64,000 bases of DNA from Leidyana gryllorum EB-2025a (taxonomy: Eukaryota; Protista; Apicomplexa), in NCBI GenBank assembly GCA_048772705.1, contig JBLWGC010000123.1, forward strand, positions 1-64,000, given 5' to 3'. Made by a program: the position numbers and the translations under genes. This document shows, piece by piece, positions 54,907 through 63,477 of the stretch (position 1 is the stretch's first letter; each line of letters opens with the position of its first letter). The notes below the pieces were generated by a model, which saw only the letters and a list, made by a program, of their open reading frames with translations, had not been told where the DNA came from and made no database searches.

Positions 54907-54979
54907 TCCACTGTAGTCTATGTGGCTAGGATATGCGGCTCTCACCCGCACGATCCGGGTTCAAGTCCTGGCAGTGGAA
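54907..54979 (+). tRNA. tRNA-Glu(CTC)
   Basis: Cloverleaf. Confidence 0.87.
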
Positions 54980-55039
54980 ATCCAGCAGAGTGTGCTTGTA
55001 GGCAACGGTTCCACTCCTACTCCCAGAGACATTGATTTG

Positions 55040-55112
55040 CACCGCCCGCGGGGCTCGAACCCGCGACTGGAAGATTAAAAGTCTTGCGCTCTACCGACTG
55101 AGCTAGGGCGGC
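55040..55112 (-). tRNA. tRNA-Lys(TTT)
   Basis: One mismatch. Confidence 0.85.
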
Positions 55113-55240
55113 AAGGAAACTCTAAACTTAGTTACACCCTATTTGCCGGTGGGTAGAACAGTGGAAGTATTAAGTGGTGGAACAATGTGCTTCAGTAACT
55201 TCCGTGAATAGGGACTCATTCGTGATGTCCAGTTGACATT

Positions 55241-55311
55241 GCCTTCTTAGCTTGGGGCAGAGCATTCGCTTAGTAAGTGAAAGGTCGCCGGTTCGATTCG
55301 GGCAGAAGGCT
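55241..55311 (+). tRNA. tRNA-Thr(AGT), degenerate
   Basis: Duplicate of 733-803. Confidence 0.78.
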
Positions 55312-55359
55312 TGGCTCACGAGCCAATCTATCCTGCAACTGTTCCCTTCTGCGCACACT

Positions 55360-55432
55360 TTGCAGTGCGTCGTTTTCGATCGACGGACCTTTGCGTTATG
55401 AGCCTAACACTCTTCCACTGAGCTACACTGCT
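55360..55432 (-). pseudogene. initiator tRNA-Met, degenerate
   Basis: Mismatches and insertion. Confidence 0.75.
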
Positions 55433-55731
55433 CAGTCTGCAACATGGAAGAGGTAGCCGAAATGTGATCCTCGAGATGTTAGTTGCCCTGACTGCCCTAC
55501 CGAAGCGGGCTAACGAGGTGGCTGTGTTGGTTCTGAGGGCAACATGTCCGGTCAAGTCAAACGACGACCAATAGGGCTGTTCTGGAATCGAACCCAGGAC
55601 TCCTTCCACTCTGAGGAAGGATTATACCAGCAGAGCAACAGCCGAATATTTGGGTGCATGCAACCGGATATACGAATGGAGATTCGAATCTACTGTGGCC
55701 TTTTCCAGCTTTTTTTTGGGATGATCGCCGT

Positions 55732-55815
55732 TGCACAGAATGGGATTCGAACCCATGCAGACTTGCGCCTACCAGAACTTGAGTCTGGCCCCTTAGACCA
55801 CTCGGGCATCTGTGC
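55732..55815 (-). tRNA. tRNA-Leu(CAA)
   Basis: Intact. Confidence 0.92.
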
Positions 55816-56089
55816 ATTACTTTCCTTCTGAGTTCCAAAGTGTTAATGGCTTCCGTTGCCACCGATGTCGTTCTGGCTGCGGTGTGCCGCCCCGAAGTAC
55901 TCTCACGGCCCGGGGTGCTTAGATGGTAACGTATCTGACTGTAGTGGTGGCATCAGATATTCCACGAGTAAATTCCGTCCCACCCGAAGTTTGAGGAGTG
56001 AACTTCTTGCAACGCAGTTCGTCTGACGCTCCTGTTCCATCCCATCCTGATCGATGCTTCGCTACCTCTACAGCCTCGCTCAAAGATTT

Positions 56090-56161
56090 GTCCGAGTCGT
56101 CTAGTGGTTAGGACAGCACGTTGTGGCCGTGCAAACCCAGGCTCGATTCCTGGCTCGGACA
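56090..56161 (+). tRNA. tRNA-His(GTG)
   Basis: Cloverleaf. Confidence 0.88.
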
Positions 56162-56254
56162 ACCAATCTAAAGTGCATTGCAATTCCCCTCCAAACCTCT
56201 CAGATCCTTATCGAGACTGAGAGACCAGTCAGAAAAGCTTAAGTGCGTGAGCAA

Positions 56255-56325
56255 AGCCTTCTGCCGGAATCGAACCGGCGACCTTTCGCTTACAAAGCGA
56301 ATGCTCTGCCACCAGCTAAGAAGGC
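56255..56325 (-). tRNA. tRNA-Thr(TGT)
   Basis: Cloverleaf. Confidence 0.85.
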
Positions 56326-56426
56326 AATGTTAACGGAAGTTACTGAAGCTCATTGTTCCACCGGTCGAACGGATCCAGAGCTCCACCCAACGGCAGATAG
56401 GGTGTAACTTAGTTTAGAGCTTCGTT

Positions 56427-56499
56427 GCCGCCCTAGCTCAGTCCGTAGAGCGCAAGACTTTCAATCTTGCAGTCGCCGGTCCGAGCTCCGCGGGCGGTG
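56427..56499 (+). pseudogene. tRNA-Lys body with TTC anticodon; T-arm decayed
   Basis: Duplicate of 2485-2557. Confidence 0.75.
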
Positions 56500-56548
56500 C
56501 AAATCAATGTCTCTGGAAGCCGTTACCTACAACCACACTCTGCTGGAT

Positions 56549-56621
56549 TTCCACTCCCGGGACTTGTACCCGGATCGTGCGGGTGAAAGCCGCATATCCT
56601 AGCCACTTAGACTACAGTGGA
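56549..56621 (-). tRNA. tRNA-Glu(TTC), degenerate
   Basis: T-loop change. Confidence 0.78.
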
Positions 56622-56921
56622 CGTGTGGTTGAGTTGGGGCTTCGGCCGAGAGCCGTACCGTCTTGGAAAAAATGGTATGCCGGCGTGATCAAGTGAGTGA
56701 ATGTCTGATACAGATTCGGTTAGTAACCAATTCCATTTTTATTGATCGTGGAATCTTGGGCCTTCGCCGGGCCTTCGCCGGGTACAGGGCGAGCTTCCTT
56801 GCCGCCCCAACTCCGTCGGTGGAGCGCAAGACTTTTGATGGGAGAACCGCGGGCTCGGGGGGGGCGAGCAGTGCTGAACCGTATGCGAAGCCACTGGCTG
56901 CAAAATGCCAAGTTCGACAGC

Positions 56922-57003
56922 GGCAACTTGCCCGAGTGGTTAAGGGGGTAGACTAGAAATGTACTGGGCCTGGCCCGCGCTGGTTCAAATCCAGCAGTTG
57001 TTG
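56922..57003 (+). tRNA. tRNA-Ser(AGA), degenerate
   Basis: Mismatches. Confidence 0.8.
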
Positions 57004-57079
57004 TGCGATGTGGTTGGAGGGGTAAACACCAACTGACGCATGAATTTCTGGAATGATGGAAAAACAACAATGTGTCCTC

Positions 57080-57150
57080 TGCATCTGCCGGGAATCGAAC
57101 CCGGGTCGTCTCGATGGCAATGAGACATTCTACCACTAGACCACAGATGC
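57080..57150 (-). tRNA. tRNA-Gly(GCC)
   Basis: One anticodon-stem mismatch. Confidence 0.84.
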
Positions 57151-57719
57151 GTGACACCTCCATTCCTGACCACCAAGTAATGAGTCTGGAGCGGGGGATG
57201 GTTTTGGGCCTATGGCCAACGTACCGCGTCTGACTCCAGATCAGCAGGTTGGGTTTTCGAATCACTATGGGCTCAATCAGACTCTTTTGTTTTTCCCGTG
57301 TGAGGCTCAACCTGAAAAGAGTGGGATTTGGACCCACGCCCTTTCAAACTGCGACTTGAATACAGCGCCTTAGACCCCTCAGCCATCTTATCAGCTCGAT
57401 TCCTGTCCCGCTACTCCAAGCGTTCCCTGTCTGTTGAAGCTAGAGAATGGAAAAGCTGGGCTCTGAGGTTGGGCTGTGCCTCCGACATGGTATCAAAGTT
57501 ATATTTCCGCCTGCCACGCCAACGATCGGGTGGGTATCAGCTCTGAACGCATTCATTTCCAATCCCAATGGCTTCATACACTCTTTTAATTCTTGGTCGT
57601 GAATGGTTAGCACTGCAGGCTTTGAATCTCCCGAGCTGGGTTCGATTCCCGGCGCGACTCGCAACTAGTTCTACTTCTTGAAACTTCGCAACTTCTCTTG
57701 GTTTCCGCAAAGCTTTCGT

Positions 57720-57792
57720 GCAGTCATGGTCTAGTGGTTACGACGTCTGCTTAACACGCAGAAGGTCCCGAGTTCGATCCCAGGTGGCTGTA
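57720..57792 (+). tRNA. tRNA-Val(AAC), degenerate
   Basis: T-stem mismatches. Confidence 0.78.
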
Positions 57793-57951
57793 ACTCGAAT
57801 CTTTGAAGTGAGTGCCACCAAAGCGAGGAAACAGGCTCTCTCCAAAACAGGGCATCGAACCCGCGTCTTCCGCGTCTTCAACCCTAAAAGTCTTCCTTCT
57901 CGAGAACTACACGGACAGAAAACCTGTAAAGTGGCGAGCCAAGGGCGCTCC

Positions 57952-58031
57952 GGCAAGATGGCCGAGTGGTCTAAGGCGCTGTGTTCAGGCCGCAGTCCGA
58001 AAGGGCGTGGGTTCGAATCCCACTCTTGTCA
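57952..58031 (+). tRNA. tRNA-Leu(CAG)
   Basis: Intact. Confidence 0.92.
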
Positions 58032-58091
58032 ACCGTTGTATTGGCACTCGGTGAGCCACTGGATGCAATATGTTTTCCATGTAGAGCGGAT

Positions 58092-58164
58092 GGGCGGCTA
58101 GCTCAGATGGTTGAGCGCTCGCTTTGCATGCGAGAGGTACTGGGATCGATACCCAGGTCGTCCA
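58092..58164 (+). tRNA. tRNA-Ala(TGC)
   Basis: Cloverleaf. Confidence 0.88.
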
Positions 58165-58378
58165 AACTCAGTAGGGCGGCACCTGCCGGTAGTTATACAG
58201 AGTTGCGACCTCTAAGAGAGAGTCGGACATCGCAGCTCCCGGTACTGCCAGGCTTCGAAACTGCGACGTTGTGGTGAACAGCTACACGCTTTGTCGACTC
58301 AGCTACAACACCCAGTTGCAATGTTCTTTAGAGCGAGGGAGAATGATACCTTAAGGTCAAACAGCCTCCTGGGCGGCC

Positions 58379-58603
58379 TGCCCGGCCAGGGCACTCGTAG
58401 GTGTCAAATGCTGGAGTACTCGGCGGTCGCGTTCGGCTGTCATTGGGTTGATTTGCTCCCCAGGGGGATCGAACCCTCGACCTTCGGCACATAAGGCCGA
58501 TGCTCTAACCAGCTGAGCTAGGGGGGCGATCACCGCCGTGCCACCGCGTAACTCACATTCGATTCTATCTCAGGGGGTTGTTACATCAAGTTTCAGAATG
58601 CCC
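58379..58603. mobile_element. Small insertion carrying a tRNA-Ile(TAT)-like gene
   Basis: Absent at the homologous site near 36480; flanked by CGGCC repeats; imperfect 13-bp inverted repeat 58384-58396 / 58596-58608. Confidence 0.5.
58454..58527 (-). tRNA. tRNA-Ile(TAT)-like, intronless
   Basis: TCGGC-CTTATGT-GCCGA; A/B boxes; one acceptor and one T-stem mismatch. Confidence 0.75.
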
Positions 58604-58838
58604 CGGCCTCGTGCCGACCAAGCTTGTCAGCGTCTCTGTTAATTTACCACGGCGGTTTGAGGCGTGCCTCCTGCGTCTGTCGGGAATCGAACCTGGGTCG
58701 TCTCGGTGGCAACGACACATTCTACCACTAGACCACAGATGCACAACTCGTTGTTGTTTGAGCTCGTGCACAATAACGGCCGTTCTGCTTCAGAAGAGAA
58801 GACAGAATCGAGTTGAGCGAGTATGGCGGGTAGTTTGT

Positions 58839-58910
58839 GGGTACGTAGCTCAGTGGTAGAGCAGCTGACTGCAGATCAGCAAGTCCGTGGTTCAACTCCG
58901 CGCGTGCCCT
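58839..58910 (+). tRNA. tRNA-Cys(GCA)
   Basis: Intact. Confidence 0.92.
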
Positions 58911-59399
58911 GAAGATGGTTTGGAACCATCGGATATGTTGGACCACAAGGCAATGAGTCTGGAGCGGGGGATGATTTTGGACCTATGGCGGAACGTAGCG
59001 CGTCCGACTCCAGCTTAGAAAATTGGGTGCTGTTCGATAGTGTCTATATGGCTTTGATGTTTGATTTCAGCCCTGGGGGATCCAGCATCCGGGTCGGTGC
59101 CATCTGTCGTCGCAGAAGTGGTCGCGTAGCTCAGTCGGTTACCGGTTCGAGCCCGGGCGTGACCAAGTGAGTGGATCTCTGATAAAGAGTCGCCCTGGAC
59201 CCAAGGGAGCCCCAACATTCTGCGACCAATACGAAAGGAATTTGTTACCAAGTCCGAGCTTCCTTGCCGCGCCAGCTCCGTCGGTAGAGCGCAAGACTTT
59301 CAATCGAGAGACCGCGGGTTCGGACAGCGCGAGCGGTCCGAGTCAAGCTGCTGAACCGTATGTGAAGCCACTGCCTGCGGCATGCCGAGTTCTACCGTT

Positions 59400-59481
59400 G
59401 GCAACTTGCCCGAGTGGTTAAGGGGGTAGACTCGAAATCTACTGGGCCTGGCCCGCGCTGGTTCAAATCCAGCAGTTGTCG
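59400..59481 (+). tRNA. tRNA-Ser(CGA)
   Basis: Intact. Confidence 0.92.
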
Positions 59482-59557
59482 TGTGATGTGGTTGGAGGGG
59501 TAAACACCAACTGACGCATGAATTTCTGCAATGGTGGAAAAACAACCATGTGTCCTC

Positions 59558-59628
59558 TGCATCTGCCGGGAATCGAACCCGGGTCGTCTCGATGGCAACG
59601 AGACATTCTACCACTAGACCACAGATGC
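59558..59628 (-). tRNA. tRNA-Gly(GCC)
   Basis: Intact. Confidence 0.92.
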
Positions 59629-59956
59629 GTGACACCTCCATTCCTGACCACAAAGTAATGAGTCTGAGCGGGGATGCTTTTGGGCCTCTGACGCAACGAC
59701 CGCGCCTGACTCCAGATCAGAGTTGGGTTTTCGAATCACTCTGGGCTCAATCAGACTATTTTGTTTTTCCCGTGTGAGGCTCAACCTGAAAAGAGTGGGA
59801 TTCGGACCCACACCCTTTCGAACTGCGACTTGAAGACAGTGCCTTAGACCACTCGGCCATCTTGCCGCACCGTTGTTGGCTCGTCGCTCCACGCTTTTTT
59901 GTCCGTGAGCCAAAATAGCAAGACTTCTGGGGTTGGAGGCCGGCGTGTTCAGAGCG

Positions 59957-60028
59957 TCCGAGATAGTATAGTGCTTAGTATTTCCGCCTGTCACGCGGAA
60001 GACCTGGGTTCGATTCCCGGTCTCGGAG
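59957..60028 (+). tRNA. tRNA-Asp(GTC)
   Basis: Cloverleaf. Confidence 0.84.
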
Positions 60029-60266
60029 CACAGTTGGTTTCGCTTGAGATTCTCTCCTTTGGTCCTCGGTGAAAGTTGCGAGCTACAGCCACCGAGGATC
60101 GAACTCGGGAATTTCTGCGTGTGAGGCAGACGTCGTAAGCACTAGACCATGGCTGCACGGAGCTTCCGGACTGTGAAAGCGGTGTGTGTCTCTGGAAACA
60201 GGTATCTGATGGAGGGCAGAAGGCTCGCACGGCTGCGAGGGATGACACCAAATGTCACGACCATTC

Positions 60267-60339
60267 TGCATCGCCCGTGGATCAAACACGGGACTTCCAG
60301 ATCTTCAGTCTGGCGCTCTCCCAACCGAGCAACCGAGGC
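60267..60339 (-). pseudogene. tRNA-Phe(GAA), degenerate
   Basis: Acceptor and B-box changes. Confidence 0.75.
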
Positions 60340-60639
60340 GGTAGGTAATCATGGAAGGCGGTGAAAATAAGGACTTACCGCGGCCGTATGTGGAGCCGAT
60401 CCTGGCCACATGACGGAACCGACAGTTGCCAACTTGCCCGGGTGGGGAACTAATGCAGATCAAACACGGGACTTCCAGATCTTCAGTCTGGCGCTCTCCC
60501 AACCGAGCAACCGAGGCGGTAGGTAATCATGGAAGGCGGTGAAAATAAGGACTTACCGCGGCCGTATGTGGAGCCGATCCTGGCCACATGACGGAACCGA
60601 CAGTTGCCAACTTGCCCGAGTGGGGAACTAATGCAGATC
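60280..60639. repeat. 2 x 178-bp tandem duplication (Phe/Ser pseudogene parts)
   Basis: Direct adjacent repeat with GATC junction microhomology. Confidence 0.85.
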
Positions 60640-60756
60640 CAGCAGTTGTCGTGCGATGTGATTGGAGGGGTTAGACACCAATTTACGCATGAATCGTGTG
60701 GTGGAAATGATACTATTTTCAGCATCAAAGCCTCATAGTGGATCGAGACCGGGGAA

Positions 60757-60828
60757 GCCTTCTTAGCTCAGGGGCAGAGCATTCGCTTTCTAAGCGAAAG
60801 ATCGCCGGTTCGATCCCGGCAGAAGGCT
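60757..60828 (+). tRNA. tRNA-Thr body with TCT anticodon
   Basis: Stems intact; loop TTTCTAA. Confidence 0.78.
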
Positions 60829-61460
60829 TTGCTCACGAGCTTAAGGTTTTCTGGCTGGACTCTCAGTCTCAATAACGACCTGAGAGGGTTGCCAAGTTCT
60901 CAGGCCTTTTCTGCCCCCATTCGTCAGTGCAACTGTGGTCACTCGTCCACTGTAGTCTCGGTGGCCAGTATATGCGGCGCCAACCCGGACCATCCCGGTT
61001 CGAGTCTCGGCAGCGCAAATGCAAGTGGGTGTAGGCAACATACTGCATTCTTACTCCCCGGCCCATTCATCCGCACCGCCCACGGGACTTCAATCTGCGA
61101 CTGCAAGATTAAGAGCTTGCGCTGCACCGACTGAGCTAGGACGACAAGGAAAGTCTAGACTTAGTTACACTCTATTTGCCTCAGGGTGGAGCCATGTAAG
61201 TCATTGGGCAGTTCCACCGCAGTCCTCAGTATTTCCGCCCGTCAAGCGGAAGACCTGGGTTCGACTGCCGGTCTTACAGCACAGCTCGTTCAGCTTTAGA
61301 CTTCGTTTGGTGCTCACTCAAAAAATGCGGTTCGGGAGCAAACCGCGATGTCCAAGGGTCGCACGACAGGCGTTCGCTCACTTGGTACAGCATCTGACTA
61401 CGGCGGGTGCGGCAGGTAGTCGACCGTTCGATTACCCCCTCCCCGACACTTGCCTCCTTA

Positions 61461-61541
61461 TGCAAGAAGTGGGGTTCGAACCCACGCGGAATTAACCAGT
61501 GGATCTTAAGGCCACCCCCTTAACCTCTCGGGCATTCTCGC
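61461..61541 (-). tRNA. tRNA-Leu(TAA)
   Basis: Homologous to 51372-51452. Confidence 0.78.
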
Positions 61542-61995
61542 AATGCAGCTTCGAAATAAGTAGTCTGGGGTTCCTGCGGGTAGCCAGTGCCGACCATGTG
61601 AGTGGGGTCTGAACACAGCCCCTTGCCCACGAGGGCATCTTGCCACATTCTGGTAGGCGCAAGTCTGCATGGGTGCGAATCCCATTCTGTGCAACGGTAC
61701 TCATTCCAGGGCGGAATTGGCCATTACATCGTGGATCCCCCTAACATTCGGCTGTTCGGTCTAGTGGTATGATCCTTCCTCAGGGGGTGGAAGGAGTCCT
61801 GGGTTCGATTCCTAAAACAGCCTTTTTGCTAGCCGCTGACGAGGGTCTAGGAGAGTTGATACACGCATCCCCTGTCTCAAATAGGATGTCTTTCGAACTC
61901 CGCCTACCACGTCACTCGACAGCTGCTAGATTCGAACCAGTGGGGCCAGGCGATACTGACGACTCAGGTGTTTAGACAGAGAGGCTGTGGGTTGT

Positions 61996-62068
61996 GCGGT
62001 GGTGGCGCAATGGATAGCGTGTTGCCCTCCGGAGGCAAAGGTTGTGGGTTCGAGTCCCGCCCACCGGT
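61996..62068 (+). tRNA. tRNA-Arg(CCG), degenerate
   Basis: TTGCC-CTCCGGA-GGCAA. Confidence 0.77.
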
Positions 62069-62766
62069 CTCGTGGTCCCGCTCAACCGTGGAATCGAGAA
62101 GAGTGGCTGCCATTTGGAGCCATGCAGACTTGCGCCATCCAAACTCAAGTTTGGCACCGCAGGCCACCGCGATCTGTGCCGCAGTGTTGAGCTTGAGGGC
62201 TCGAAGTGCCACTGTTGAGGAACCGAGGCTGGAAAAGTTCACTTGGGTTTAGCGGATAGGCGGCTATCCCAAGTGCCAGAGAGGTGACTTTGCAGGCCAA
62301 ATGTGCGGGGGTCGATACCCAGGTGGGGGAGCTCTCGAAGAAAAGACATCTGTGCACCATTTCTATAAGTGTGTCCACCTGCGGGGGCTCACCAGTGCGT
62401 CGTTTCGATCGACGGAACTCTGGGTCATGAGCCCAACACTCTCCTCGTGTCTTTCTGAGTGCTACAGCCTCTGTCGATCTTTCGACTGCACTTGTGGTCT
62501 GACGGCAAAATGCGACCGTGCTGAGGTCGTAACGCGGACTGAGTTCCCGCAGGTGCAGCCGTATGCAAGTCGGACGACCTGTCTATCGATCTCATCTGGC
62601 ATGTCAATGAGCACTCTACCCTTTGAGCTAGCGGTCTCCAACTTAGAAGAGCTATTGCATGCCCTCCTTGATGAGTGGACAATTGCCCGTTGAGAATCTG
62701 CGGAACGCTGCTGGCAAACTCGAGTCGCACGGCTGTGAGGGATGACACCAAATGTCACAACCTCTC

Positions 62767-62839
62767 TGCCTCGGCCGTGGATCGAACACGGGACTTCCAG
62801 ATCTTCAGTCTGGCGCTCTCCCAACTGAGCTACCGAGGC
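62767..62839 (-). tRNA. tRNA-Phe(GAA)
   Basis: Intact. Confidence 0.92.
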
Positions 62840-63318
62840 GGTAGGTAGTCACGGAAGGCGGTGAAGACGAGCACCTATCGCGGCCGTATGTGGGGCCACT
62901 GCCCGCTCAAAAGGCGAGGACTTCTGGGGTTGGAGGCCTGCGTGTTTACTAGCGTCCGAGATAGTATAGTGGTCAGTATCACGCCTGTCACGCGGAAGAC
63001 CCGGGGTTGATTCCCGGTCTTGGAGAAGTTCCAGCCCTCACAACTGCTGCAACTCAGATTTTGCCTCAGCTGGTCTGGACTTCATCCGGGATGGTACGAG
63101 TGGGAGCCGCGTATAGTAGCCGACCTTGGAGAGACGTGCCATTGAAGCCAGGACTTCTTCCACCCGAAGAAAGAATCATATAGCTAGACCAAACAGCCCT
63201 CTGTGGGTGCCTTAGGTACTGGCAGGTTCCAAACCTGCGACTTCGTGGCTAAGAGACTTACCTCTGTACAATGATGGGAGTTTGCGATAAGCTTGCAGGT
63301 GCCCAGTCGATGCATTCT

Positions 63319-63390
63319 AGCCTTCTGCCGGAATCGAACCGGCGACCTTTCGCTTACTAAGCGAATGCTCTGCCCCTAAGCTAAGAAGGC
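63319..63390 (-). tRNA. tRNA-Thr(AGT)
   Basis: Intact. Confidence 0.92.
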
Positions 63391-63477
63391 AATCCAGGCC
63401 GAAGATCACGAATCAGTCACTATTGACGGGGATTACTGAGGCACATTGCTCGAGCTGTTTCCCTTGCCGGTCCTTGA

